A stretch of 62,195 nt of DNA, the filler included, from Chiloscyllium plagiosum (lineage: Eukaryota), in NCBI RefSeq assembly GCF_004010195.1. It is 3 parts of one record of this genome, joined end to end, with 100 filler letters (N's around TTAATTAATTAA, not from the genome) between each part and the next. Parts side by side here need not be neighbours in the genome. Positions count along the whole stretch, not along the records: positions 1 to 31,876 come from NC_057717.1; positions 31,977 to 58,858 come from NC_057717.1; 1 more part is not named here. One strand, 5' to 3'. A program made the translations under genes and the position numbers. Numbering within the stretch: the first letter of the stretch is position 1; every line of letters starts with the position of its first letter. Below, one piece after another: positions 24,190 to 36,199 of this stretch. Below the pieces are notes generated by a model. That model was not told where the DNA came from and searched no databases. It was given only the letters and a program-made list of their open reading frames with translations.

Positions 24190-25930
24190 AGGAATATACT
24201 CGAGGGTAATCAGGAGAGCAAAAGGGGGACATGACATATCTCTTGGAAATGGTTTAAGGAGAACCCAAAGATATTTTACAAATACATCAAGGAAAAAGAA
24301 TAACCAGGCAGAGAATAGGACCCCTTTTAGATCAAGAAGGCCATCTATGTAACAACAGGAAGTGGGAGAGATACTATGCTATTCTGTTCTAGATAGTTTG
24401 GAGAAATAATAGTGATAACTTGAAAAGTGTCCATATTACAGAGGAGGTGGTACTGGATGTCTTAAATCATAGCAAGGTGTATCCCAGAAATTTGTGGAAA
24501 GTTAGGAAAGTGACATCAGTTCTCCTCCCTGAGATATTTATATCATCGTTTGTGACAGGTGAGATGCTGGAAGACGTGTGCCATTATTTAAAAAAGGTGG
24601 TAAGGAAAGGCCATGGAGCAAGAGGACAGTCACCTTGACGTCAGTGGCAGGCAATTTGTTGGAAGGGATTCTGAGGGATAGGATTTACATGTATTTGGAA
24701 AGACGAGGAATGATTAGTGATAGTCAACGTGGCTTTGTGTGTGGGAAATTCTGTCTCCCTAACTTGATTGAGTTTTTTTTAAGGCTGACTGTGCACGTTG
24801 TCTATATGGACACTGAGCAGACTGGTTCGCAAGGTTAGATAACATTGAATGTTGGGAGAACCAGGCATTTGGATACAAAACTGGCTTGAAGGTCGACGGC
24901 AGAGGGTGGTGATGGAAGGTTGCTTTGTGGACTGGAAGCCTGTGAGCAGCAGTGTGCTGCAGGAATGGATATTGGGCCCTTAAATAAATGACTTGGATGT
25001 GAATATGAGGTATGGTCAGTAGTTTTAGAGAAGACACCAAAATTGGAGGTGTAGTGGACAGTGAAGAATGTTAGTTCACAATACAAAAGGATCTGGACCA
25101 GATGGGCCAATGGAGCAAGGAATGGCAGATAGAGTTCAATTTCGATAAATGTGAGCTGTTGTATTTTGGAAAGGCAAATCAGGGCAGGACGTATGCACTT
25201 AATGGTAAGGTCCTTGGGAGTGTTTATGAACAAAGAAACCATGGTGTGCAGTTTCATTGTTCCTTGAAAGTGGTGTTGCAGGTCGGAATGTTAGTGAAGG
25301 TGGCATTTGGTACACTTATATTTATTGGTCAATGCATTGAATACAGAAGCTGGGACGTCCTTTTGTGGCTGGACAGGACATTGATTAAGCCATTCAGGAA
25401 TTCTGGATGAAGTTCAAAATTCCCTGTTCTGGGAAGGATGTTGTGAATCTTGAAAGAGTTCAGACAAGATTTACAACGATTTTGCCAGGGTTGGAGGGTT
25501 TGAGCTAAAGGGAGAGGCTGAATAGACTGGGGTTAATTTCCCTGGAGAGTCAAAGACTGAGAGGTGATTTTACGGAGATTTATAAAATCACGAGGAGCAT
25601 GGATATGGTGAACATTGGGAGTCTTTTCCCCCCAGGTTAGATGGGTCCAAAACAAGAGCAAATGGGCTTAAGTTGAACGGCAAAAATTTAAAAGGGATCT
25701 AAGGGGCCACGTGTTCAAGCTGAGCTGTGTGGAATGAGCTGCCAAATGAAGTAGTGGAGGCTGATAGAATTACAACATTTAAAAGGCATCCGATTGGATA
25801 CATGAATAGGAAGGGTTTCAAATGATACGGACCAATAAATGGCAAACGGGACTCCATTAGTTTAGGATTCCTAGTTGGCATGGACCAATTGGACCAAAGG
25901 TCTGTTTCTGTGCTGTACATCTCTGACACT
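24190..25930 (+). mobile_element. Decayed CR1/HER1 LINE (paralog of 1780-3650)
   Basis: PLFKKGGKERPW...ILRDRIYMYLERRGMISDSQRGF; WQIEFNFDKCELLYFG. It shares its 3' flank with 3650-4110. Confidence 0.92.
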
Positions 25931-26419
25931 AATAAATGAATATAAGATGTGTTCCTCTTTTGTGGAGAGCTAGCAGAAGCACAGATAATTATCCTTGGAG
26001 CTGAGAAGGTTAAGCAATGATTTCGACCAGGTGCAGATTTGTTTCCAAGGTACTTAATTTGCAGAGAGAGAGGAATTGTTAACAACGTCACAATTTTAGT
26101 AACTATTTTCAAGTAATTGGCAACTAATGCAGGGTGAATATGTGAACATTATTTTAGTCGGTAAATTCTGAGCATCTGGAACAGTCTGAATGGCAGTTGG
26201 ACACAGATTCAGCAGTTATTCATAAACAGGTTTGGAATTTCACTTTTTAAGCAACGATTTGGGGGGCTATGGGCAAATGGGAGGGGAGTTGGGACAGATT
26301 TGCAGCATCTCCAGAGGGAGAGAGTATAGCCGCAATGGGCTGAATATCCCCCTGCCCCATGCTCTGTGATACTGCCCCATTCACTGTGAATGATGAAGCT
26401 CATCCCAGGGCAGAGAGGA

Positions 26420-26552
26420 AGGATACCACCACTCACCTCACTATGGGCCTCAGGTGATTGATGTCAGCGCAGGCCAATAGGAGGCAGAGTGTTGGACTGG
26501 AGGACCAGGCAGTACCCGTTTGTCTTCCAAACAATCGGAGTGAATGAGGGTA
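26420..26552 (+). promoter_or_regulatory. Degenerate copy of the CCAAT promoter module
   Basis: caggtgattgatgtcagc is identical to 16984-17001; CCAAT at 26474; gagtgaatgaggg. Confidence 0.6.
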
Positions 26553-26744
26553 TCTTTAAGGCTGGAATTAAAGAAAGGCACATGTAGCAGAGGTTTGAGG
26601 AACTGGAGGAGATTAGAGATAGAGAACGTTCTGTGGCTGGAGAGGAATTATATAAATAAGGAAGAGTTGTGAGGCTGGAGGAGGTGACAGTGATCGGGAG
26701 AGTTGTGAGGATGGAGGAATTTGCAGATAGTGCGAATTAGAGTC

Positions 26745-27520
26745 CTAATGTTATGCAGCAATGAAACAGGCCCTGTGGTCCAACCAGTCCATGCCGACCA
26801 TAATTCCAAACTGAACTAATTGTACCTGCCTCCGTTTGGTCCACATCAATACAAATATTTCCTATTTACGTACCTATCTGAATGTATTTTAAATATTGTA
26901 ATTGTATTCACAACTGCAACTTCCTCTGGAAGTTCATTCCACACGTGTAATTTTTTTTTTGAAAAACCCTAATGTCTTTTCTCAAATCTTTCTCATCTCT
27001 TCTCAAAATGAATGCACCCGAATTTTGAATTCCCCTCTCTCCCGGCCATTCACCTTTATCTACACTCTTCACGATTTCATAAACCTTTTAATAAGGTCAT
27101 CCCTCAACCTCCTACACTCTAGTGAAAAAAAACGTCCTAGCCTCTCCTGATAACACAACCCCTCCATTCCCATTAACATTCCAGCAAATCTCTTCTGAGC
27201 CTGCTCCGAATTAATGATATCCTTCCTATAACAGCACAACCAGAGCTGGGTTTAGAATTCCAGAAGAGGCCTCCCCAACATCCTGTACAACCTCAACATA
27301 ACATCTCAATTCCTATACTCAAAGGTGTGAACAATGAAGGTAAGTGTGCTTGAACACCTTCTTAACCACCCTGTCTACATGTAACACAAACTTCAAAGAC
27401 GTGAAGCCCTCGGTCCCTTTGTTCCATATCACTACTCAACGCCTTACTTTTAATGAGTGTAAGTCCTGCCTTCGTTTGTTTTATCAAGATGTAATATTTT
27501 GCATTTATTCCAATCCAAAA
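26745..27520 (-). mobile_element. CR1 3' part
   Basis: Reverse CR1 3' UTR (aaacaggccctgtggtccaaccagtccatgccgacc) plus RT remnants. Confidence 0.85.
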
Positions 27521-27524
27521 GTCA

Positions 27525-29115
27525 TTTGAGTGTAAAGGCAGTAGGAGTATAATTAAGAGGTATATCAGGGGGCAAAAAGGGGACGTGAGATAGCTTTGGC
27601 GAATAGGGTTAAGGATAACTTTCCACACTGTAAGTAATCTAATCTAATCTAATCTAAATAATCCAAAGGGCTTTTATAAATACATGAAGAACAAAAGGCT
27701 AACTAGGGAGAAAATAGAGACCCTCAAAGATCAGCAAGGCAGCCATTGTGTGGAGCTGTCAGCGATGGGCGAGATAGGGAAACAAGTATTTTGCATCAGT
27801 GTTTACTGTGAAAAAGTACACGGGAGATATAGAATGTGGGGAAATATAGAATGTGGGGAAATAAATGGTGATATCTTGAAAAAAAGTCCATATTACAGAG
27901 GAGGAGGAGGTGCTGGATGCGTGGCTAAGGAGCTGGTGCAGGGGAAAAGCATTCACATTTTTGGATCATTGTGATCAACTCTGGAGTAGAGTTGACCTGC
28001 GTAAGAAGGATGGATTGTACCTGATTTGGAAGGTGTCTAATATCGAGGCAGGGAGATTTGTTAATGCTACTCGGGAGGTAGTAAACCAGCGAGGAGTGGG
28101 TGTGATCGCAAATAGATAGTGAGAAAAGAGGTATCTCTGAGGCTGGTACAGTTTAGAAGGCAAATAGTCATTGCAGGCAAGAGTAAGGCACAGAACAAGG
28201 TGGGATTTAGCAGTTACACTGCATTTATTTCAATGCAAGAGACCTGACAGGGAAGGCAAATGAGCTCAGGTTATGGTTTTGAACATGGCACTGGGAAATC
28301 ATGGGTATTATAGAAACGTGGCTCAGGGATGGAAAGGACTGGCAGCTTATTTTTCCCAAGTATAGATGCTATGGGAAGAATAGAAAGGAGGACAAGAGGA
28401 GGAGGAGTGGCATTTTTGATTAGGGATAGCATTATGGTTGTGCTATGGAGGACATTCCTGGGAGTACGTCCAGTGAAGTATTTGGGTGGAACTGGGAAGT
28501 AAGGAAGGGATAATATCCTTATTGGGGTTGTCTGTGTGGGCTTCATTTGGGTGCTCTGGTTTTCTCCCACAGTGCAAAGATATGCTGGGTAGGTTAGATT
28601 ATCCTGGCTGAATTGCCACAGTATTCAGGGATGTGCAGGTTGGGTGGATTATCCAGGCTGAATTGCCCATAGTGTTCAGGGATGTGTAAGTTGGGTAGAT
28701 TATCCAGGCTGAATTGCCCACAGTGTTCAGGGATGTGTAGTTTGGGTGGATTATCCAGGCTGAATTGCCCATAATGTTCAGGGATGTGTAGGTTGGGTGG
28801 ATTATCCAGGCTGAATTGCCCATAATGTTCAAGGATGTGAAGGTTGGGTGGCCCTGGGAAATGCAACGTTACAGGGGGAGGTCAGGCGGCTCTGAGGGTC
28901 AGTGTCGATGTGATGAGATGAATGGTCTTATTCCACACTGTCGGGATTCCCTGATAATTCTACTAATTTTAAAATAGTTACAGAAAATAATAGACCAGAT
29001 CTAAAAGTTAAGGTTCTAAATTAGACAAAGTCCAATTCTGACAGCACAAGACAAGCACTTTCAAAATTCGTTTGCGGGAGGTTATTCCCAGGGAAAGGGA
29101 CGGCTGGAAAGTGGG
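27525..29115 (+). mobile_element. CR1 fragments (ORF2 linker, ORF1 end, APE start) with nested SINEs
   Basis: LDAWLRSWCRGKAFTFLDHCDQLWSRVDLRKKDGLYL (esterase end) and an APE start tgcatttatttcaatgcaaga. A 39-bp SINE tail sits at 27619-27657. Confidence 0.85.
28588..28851. repeat. 51-bp minisatellite (~5 copies) inside an HE1-type SINE (~28528-28960)
   Basis: Unit ggttgggtggattatccaggctgaattgcccatagtgttcagggatgtgta recurs at 28596, 28646, 28697, 28748 and 28799. Confidence 0.95.
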
Positions 29116-29539
29116 AACATAAGAACATTAGGAATAAGAGAAGGAGTAAGCCATCTGACCGTTCAAGCCTGCTCTGCCATCCACAAGATCAGGGCTGATC
29201 TTTTCATGGCCTCAGCTCCACATTCCTGCTCACTCACCATAATCTTTTAATTCTTTTCCTGTTCACAAATCTACATTTTGCCTTAAAGACATTCAAGTTG
29301 ATAACGTCAAATGCTGCACTCGGCAGGGAATTCCACAGATTCACAACCCTTTAGCTGAAGAAGCTCCGCCTGAACTCAGTCCTAAATCTGCTCCCCATTA
29401 TTTTGAGGTTATGCTCTAGTTTCACCCGTCCCCAATGGAAATAACCTCACTGCATCTATCTTATCTATTCCCTTCATAATTTTATTTTTTCCTCTCCAAC
29501 CTCCCATTCTTCTAAATTACAATGATTATAGAGCCAGTA

Positions 29540-29623
29540 GTGATATTAATGAGAAAAAAAAAACTATTGGTTTATGTGCTGAAGGTAGGGGTTAAGGATT
29601 AAATGATAGGTGGGGATAGAGTC

Positions 29624-29659
<36 letters not shown>

Positions 29660-31660
29660 CAGTTGGACAAAGGAGTGGATATCAACCTGGTTGGGGGAGG
29701 ATAAATAGCTGTTTATGGGGACTGTTAGTGGTTATCCATAGGTAGTGTGTAATAGCAGGCTATGTAATAACAAGGCCTGGTATATGGGGTAGGGGGCAAA
29801 GAAACTTGAACGTGGGAGAGTTCAGACCTAAAATTATTGAATTCGATGTTGAAGCCAGAGGATTGCAGGATCCCCGAGTGGGAGATGAGGTGTTGTTCTT
29901 CCAGCTTGCTTTAAAGTGTGGCGCTGGAAAAGCACAGCAATTCAGGCAGCATCCAAAGAACAGGAGAATCGACATATTGGGCATATAAGCACTTCATCAG
30001 AAATGTGGGAGTGGGGGAAGCGGGCAGAGAGATAAATAGCGAGGGGTGAGTGAGGTTGGGGGGAAGGGAGCTAGGAAGAGACTAGGTAGATTTAGATGGG
30101 GTAGTGGTGAGAGGGTTGAATGGATAATTGGGAAGGAAGATGGAGAGGTGGGAAAGTTCAAGAGGCCAGTGCCGAGTTGGAGGGTTGAATCTGTGATGAA
30201 GTGGGGGAGAGGAGATGAGGAAACCTTGATGCCATGTGGTTGAAAGGTCCCAAGGTGGAAGATGAGGTGTTCATCCTCCAGGCGTCGGGTGGCTCGGATT
30301 TGGGGGTGGATGACACCCAGGAATTCCATGTCCTTGGCAGCATGGCGGGTAGCTGAAGTGGTTGGCCACAGGGCGGTGGGGTTGGTTGGTCCATGTTCCC
30401 TGAAATATTCCACAAGTTTGCATCCTGACTCCCCAGTGAAGAGGAGACCACATCGAGAGCAAAGGACACAAAAGGTGAGGTGTTTAGATGTGCAGGAATA
30501 TCTCTGCTGGATGTGGGAGGATCCTGTGATGCCCTGAATGGAGGTGAGGGGTGAGGTGTGGGTAAATGTGACAAGTGAAGGTGCTGGGAGTGGAGGATAG
30601 TTTGGTGGGGAGCATGGATCTAATGAGGAAGTCACAGAGGGAATGGTCTCTGGAATGCTGAAAGGGGTGGGGAGGAAATATACCTCTGGTGGTGAGGTCT
30701 GATTGTAGGTGGTGGAGGAACTCATTTTTATGTGCTCTAATATTGTTTTAGACACCACACTCGCAGTGGCAGTAGCTAGAGGGTATGCCTCAACCTAACC
30801 AGGTAGATGATCTACTATTACCAGCATATATTTTAGTTTTCCTACTCTGGGTAGTTCAGTATAATCTTCTTATACACTCTAGAAGGGTCTCAATCCCGGG
30901 TCTCTTCCCTGAAAGGGGTGGGGAGGGAAATATACCTCTGGTGGTGAGGTCTGATTGTAGGTGGTGGAAATGGCAGACGATGATGCATTGTTTCTGGGTG
31001 GAAGGTGAGGACTAGGGGGATACCATCCTTGTTGCAGTTGGAGGTGTGGTTGCCAAGGGCAGTGGTGTGGGAAGTGGAGGAGATACACGGGAGGGGAAAT
31101 TGCAGTCCTTGAAATCAGAGGCCATTTGGTATGTTCAGAAATGTTCTGCCAGCTTGCATCAAGCTTCACTAGAACACTGCAGTAAGCATGAGACAGAGAT
31201 GTTGGCCTGGGAACAGTCTTGTGTGTTTAAGTGGCGGGCAATTGGATGCTCCGGGTCTTTCTTGCAACAGAACATAGATCATCAGTCCCCTTTTCCACCA
31301 CCGCTACTGAGATGCTACCAGGTTCCTGTCTCCTCCAGTAACAGCTTTCCGCCCTCCCAGTCGGATTGTTATCTACTCTTTTGTCTTTCCAAATGTTCCA
31401 GTCTCTCTTTGGGCCCTGTCCCCACCTATTATTTACTCTTTAACCCCTATCTCCTGTCGTCCAAAGATGTGCAGGTTAGGAGAATTGGCCCAGCTAAATT
31501 TCCCATATTTTCAGGGATGTGCATTAGTCCGGGGAAATGGTGAGTAATTGGGTAGAGGAATGGGTCTGGGTGGGTGTGGAATTGTTGGGCCGAAGGGCCT
31601 GTTTCCTGTGGGGATTCTAATTTTCCCAGCTGCCATCGGTTCTGAGGAAGGGTCAATGGA
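29540..31660 (-). mobile_element. Penelope-like remnants (GIY-YIG)
   Basis: ORF 29997-30758(-): CVLCSRCGLLFTGESGCKLVEYFREH...RRLEDEHLIFHLGTFQPHGI. Confidence 0.9.
30729..30908 (-). mobile_element. pol: Class I (HERV-I/gamma-epsilon-like) endogenous retrovirus integrase fragment
   Basis: Hand translation: GRDPGLRPF*SV*EDYTELPRVGKLKYMLVIVDHLPG*VEAYPLATATASVVSKTILEHI, the start of an rve core with 3 stops. Confidence 0.85.
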
Positions 31661-31920
31661 CCCATGATGACCCTTGGTGGGTGCAGGAGGAGGAAACGGG
31701 AAAGGGGAGAGTGGCAGCAGAAACCGGATGAAATGTATCAGTGTAGACTGGGAGGGTCGAGTGACACTCTGTGCAGGTCGTTAATCTGAATTAGAAACGC
31801 CTGGTCCCACGTTTGCAGCAAAGTGGAAGATGGCGTGGGCGTCAGGCAGTGAGAGGTGCTGGGTTATGGCTGCCATNNNNNNNNNNNNNNNNNNNNNNNN
31901 NNNNNNNNNNNNNNNNNNNN

Positions 31921-31932
31921 TTAATTAATTAA
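31921..31932. other. Artificial assembly spacer TTAATTAATTAA in a 100-nt gap
   Basis: Six-frame stop palindrome centred in an N-run (31877-31976); the same construct occurs at 58903-58914. Confidence 0.9.
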
Positions 31933-31976
31933 NNNNNNNNNNNNNNNNNNNNNNNNNNNNNNNNNNNNNNNNNNNN

Positions 31977-32862
31977 CATGGGTTGGCAGGGATATGGATC
32001 ATATACAGGCAGATAGAATTAGTTTGGAATAGCATTATGATCCGCACAGACATGGTGGACCGATTATTCCGGTGCTGTCCTGTTCTGTTTTCCGTGGCGA
32101 GAATGATTTTTTTTGAAGAAGCAACAAAGGGGATTGATGAGTGCAGAGCGGTGGACATGATATACATGGACTTCAGTAAGGCGTTCGGCAAGGTTCCCCA
32201 TGGGAGACTGGTTAGCAAGTTTAGAAATCATGGAATACAGGGAGAAGTAGCCATTTGGATACAGAACTGACTCAAAGGTAGAAGGCAGAGGGTGGTGGTG
32301 GAAAGTTGCTTTTCAGACTGCAGGCCTGTGACCAGTGGAGTGTCACAAGGATCGGTGCTGGGTCCACTCCTTCTCATCATTTATACAAACGATGGGGATG
32401 TGAACATAGGAGGTATTAGTAATTTTACAGATGATACCAAAATTGGAGGTGTAGAGGACAGTGAAAAAGATGACCTCAGTACAACGGGACCTTAATCTGA
32501 TGAGCGAATGGGCTGAGGAGTGGCAGATGGAGTTTACTTTAGAAAAATGTGAGATGTTGCATTTTGGAAACTCAAATCGTGGCAGGTCCTCGGGAGCATT
32601 GCTGAACAAAGAGACGTTGGAGTGCAGGTTCATAGCTCCTTGAAAGTGGAGTCGCAGGTAGATAGGATAGTGAAGGCAGGTTTTAGTACGCTTTCCTTTC
32701 ACGGTCAGAGCATTGTGTATCGGAGTTGGGAGATCATATTGAGGCTGCAAAGGACGTTAGTTAGACCACTTTTGCAATATTCCGTGCAATCCTGGTCTCA
32801 TTCCTATCAAAACAATATTGTGAAACTTGAAAGGCGTCAGAAAAGGATTACACGGATGTTAC
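31977..32862 (+). mobile_element. CR1 RT region
   Basis: AVDMIYMDFSKAFGKVPHGRL; VTSGVSQGSVLGPLL...FTDDTKIGG. Confidence 0.93.
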
Positions 32863-34107
32863 NNNNNNNNNNNNNNNNNNNNNNNNNNNNNNNNNNNNNN
32901 NNNNNNNNNNNNNNNNNNNNNNNNNNNNNNNNNNNNNNNNNNNNNNNNNNNNNNNNNNNNNNNNNNNNNNNNNNNNNNNNNNNNNNNNNNNNNNNNNNNN
33001 NNNNNNNNNNNNNNNNNNNNNNNNNNNNNNNNNNNNNNNNNNNNNNNNNNNNNNNNNNNNNNNNNNNNNNNNNNNNNNNNNNNNNNNNNNNNNNNNNNNN
33101 NNNNNNNNNNNNNNNNNNNNNNNNNNNNNNNNNNNNNNNNNNNNNNNNNNNNNNNNNNNNNNNNNNNNNNNNNNNNNNNNNNNNNNNNNNNNNNNNNNNN
33201 NNNNNNNNNNNNNNNNNNNNNNNNNNNNNNNNNNNNNNNNNNNNNNNNNNNNNNNNNNNNNNNNNNNNNNNNNNNNNNNNNNNNNNNNNNNNNNNNNNNN
33301 NNNNNNNNNNNNNNNNNNNNNNNNNNNNNNNNNNNNNNNNNNNNNNNNNNNNNNNNNNNNNNAAGCTTACTGTGGTTGCGTGGTGCTCTAGGCCAGGAGA
33401 CAGGAGTGTTATAGGGCCTGCAGAAGGTTACAGTGATATCATGTCCTCCTGGGGCTTGGGGAAGGTACGCGGGTGGATATTTTGGTCCAGGCTGGAGGAT
33501 TTTACAGAGGCGGGGGCACTGTAAGTATTGTGCAAGACTACAGAAATAGGCATTATTGTATTGGGTGCAGAATGAGATTATTGAAGTTGGGCCTGTTATC
33601 GACACTGGAGCAATTTACACACTTGGGAGAGTCATCAGCATTGGAGTAGGTTTCAAATATACAGCGGGAGTATGGGAGGGGTGGAGGTTATAGAAAAGGA
33701 AATTTTCTGGCAAGTACAAGCATTCAAGATACTGGTGCAAATGAGTTGGAGCGAAAGGCATGTTTCCTTGCTGTATGACTCTATCACATGACAAGAGACA
33801 GCGTGAGGGGTGAATATAGAACAGAAGGATGCCAGGTTTCAATGCCATCTCCTTGGGGGGAGGCCTGGTTTCCCCTCTGTTGTACTGATCCTCACTAAGA
33901 CAGCACAGGCCTGGATTGATAACTTTCAACTTCCTATATTGACATGGGAAGGCTCAGTACAGCAGAGATGAAAATAAACAAGATGGTGGAGATTGAGCCT
34001 GGAAGCCATCATGCTCTGTGCTTCAACACTGTATCTCTGTCGTGTCTTCTGTATCAATGTTCGATGCCTTAAGTATACACTGCTCTGTTCACTGTGAGTG
34101 ATCTTAC

Positions 34108-34400
34108 CTCGCTGCAGGATTTACTGAAGGCTCCAGATCTCACTCTCGCTGACCAACTGTCTTCAGTGTGGTGATGAATGAAACAGGAATTTGGACTTCT
34201 GCTGAGTCAAAAGCATCCTGATCACCTACAGACAGAGAAATAATTGACTGAATTGGAAATTAGACTGATGCGGAGAGGTTTAAACATGGAGAATGGCACT
34301 GAGCCCCACAGAGATCTGGAAAATCTCTTACTCCATCCTTGGCCTGTGCTGCCTCGTCTCCCTGGAGTGGAGAGTTCTTTTGGCTCAGGATCTGGAGTAG
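34108..34400 (-). pseudogene. Two small exons of an unidentified gene (copy 1)
   Basis: Exon 34400-34332 (69 nt, ag/gtaag, phase 1-1, ATPDPEPKELSTPGRRGSTGQGW). Exon 34225-34108 (ctctgtctgtag/gtaaga, DQDAFDSAEVQIPVSFITTLKTVGQRE*). Paralog at 48633-48942. Confidence 0.55.
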
Positions 34401-35179
34401 CTGCAAACGTTGCACTCACCGGCAGCAATTAAAACCTCACGGTAACAGAAATCACATGGAGAGGTACTGAGTGATACCACCAGAGTGCAGAAAGGCATTA
34501 CGATCAAACCACTTTCACGAAGAAGGTGCACTGGGATCAGTACTCAGGGATGTGGGAGCTATCAGTGGGCCAGGCAATGGTCTTGCGTTACTCTCACTCG
34601 ACTGTGCATCCAGAAATTAATGCCGGTAGCAGGGATACCCATCTGACCACTGAATACCATTTAAGTAAGGAAATCTGTTCTTGGTTGCCGATCTGGCCAA
34701 CATATGAATCCAGACTCAGAGCAATGGGTTTGACACTCAAATGCCCTCTGAAATGGTCTGACAAGCCACTCAGCTCTAAGACTGGTCAGGGTGGGACTGA
34801 GATGCTGGCCAGCCAGAGACAGCAACATCCCATGAGTGCATTAAAACCAACTATGCTGGGATCAGTGTCCTGGCCAATCATGTCTATAGGTTTATGGATA
34901 GGGCTTTAAACTGACATAAAGGATGCAGGGACAGGGTTCAGGTGAAACCAGATTTCCAAAACCAAAGAGAAAATGTGAAGGCTCGGAACCGCATGGGAAT
35001 GAGGCTGAAGACAAGCAGAAAGTAACAGGAAAGGACAGAATTGAACTAAAACTGTACATCAGCGAATAGGATTGTGACAGGACATTGTGGGAAAATGTAA
35101 ATTATAATGTTGTTTAGTTTTGGAATGGACAAAGTATCTGCATTATGGTGACTTGTGACACAGAGAAAAATGAAATTTA

Positions 35180-35492
35180 GATGAGATTAGATTACTTACA
35201 GTTTGGAAACACGCCCTTCGGCCCAACAAGTCCACACCGCCCCGCCGAAGCGCAACCCATCCATACCCCTACATTTACTCCTTACCTAACATGACGGGCA
35301 ATTTAGCATGGCCAATTCACCTGACCTGCACATCTTTGGACTGTGGGAGGAAACCGGAGCACCCGGAGGAAACCCACGCAGACACGGGGAGAACGTGCAA
35401 ACTCCACACAGTCAGTCACCTGAGGCGGGAATTGAACCCGGCCTCTGGCGCTGTGAGGCAGCAGTGCTAACCACTGTGCCACCGTGCCGCCC
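35180..35492 (-). mobile_element. Full-length HE1-type SINE
   Basis: 5' gggcggcacggTGGCACAGTGGttagc (A box) ... GGTTCAATTCC (B box); (TAATC) tail. Confidence 0.95.
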
Positions 35493-35795
35493 ACTGCTGC
35501 CTCAGAGCGCCAGAGACCCGGGTTCAATTCCCGCCTCAGGCGACTGACTGTCTGGAGTTTGCACGTTCTCCCCATGTCTGCGTGGGTTTCCTCCGGGTGT
35601 TCCGTTTTCCTCCCACAGTCCAAAAATGTGCAGGTCAGGTGAATTGGCCATGCTAAATTGCCCGTAGTGTTAGGTGCAGGGTAAATGTAGGGGAATGGGT
35701 CTGGGTGGGTTGCACGTCGGCGGGTCGGTGTGGACTTGTTGGGCCGAAGGGCCTGTTTCCACACTGTAAAGTAATCTAATCTAATCTAATCTAAT
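35493..35795 (+). mobile_element. HE1-type SINE lacking the A box, head-to-head with the previous copy
   Basis: actgctgcctcagagcgcc...GGTTCAATTCC...gtaatctaatctaatctaatctaat. Confidence 0.95.
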
Positions 35796-36199
35796 GGAGA
35801 TTTAGTCACCAGACAGACGTGGTTACTGGGTGAACAAAAGGTGGAGCATAAATATTCAACTATAAACAACCTTACAGGATCTCAGGCAGCATGGAAATGC
35901 AAGATGGGAACCCTGACACTAATGGATAACAAAGGCATTACAGAGAAAGCATGTGGCCTCAGGTTATGCAGCTGAATCAGTCTAAATGCAAATTCTGGGT
36001 GCTACGTGTCAAAAACAAAAGCAAGAGGNNNNNNNNNNNNNNNNNNNNNNNNNNNNNNNNNNNNNNNNNNNNNNNNNNNNNNNNNNNNNNNNNNNNNNNN
36101 NNNNNNNAATCTTTGTATAATCTGGGACAGACATATTGGCAAGAATGATATTATCCGAGATCCTCCTTGAATGTTTTAATCAGTGTTTCTTTGAATAAC

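Larger units (their letters stand above)
29103..31850 (+). repeat. Segmental duplicate of 1-433 joined to 4931-7054
   Basis: Collinear similarity, e.g. 29103 gctggaaagtgggaacat = position 1; 29540 onward = 4933 onward; 31801 ctggtcccacgtttgcagcaaagtgg = 7009. Confidence 0.95.

Noticed and set aside
27630..27657. (TAATC)n and (TAGAT)n arrays as telomere-like repeats
   Set aside because: They always sit at SINE/LINE 3' ends, so they are retroposon tails.
28588..28866. CRISPR-like array, or repeat protein PNLHIPEHYGQFSLDNP
   Set aside because: The units are contiguous with no unique spacers and derive from a SINE; the ORF is open only because 51 is divisible by 3.
29997..30758. 253-aa ORF as a functional GIY-YIG nuclease or integrase fusion
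   Set aside because: It is a chance read-through across an insertion junction and deleted, frameshifted PLE sequence; key motifs are degenerate.
35420..35535. tRNA genes suggested by A/B boxes
   Set aside because: These are tRNA-derived SINE heads continuous with SINE bodies and tails.
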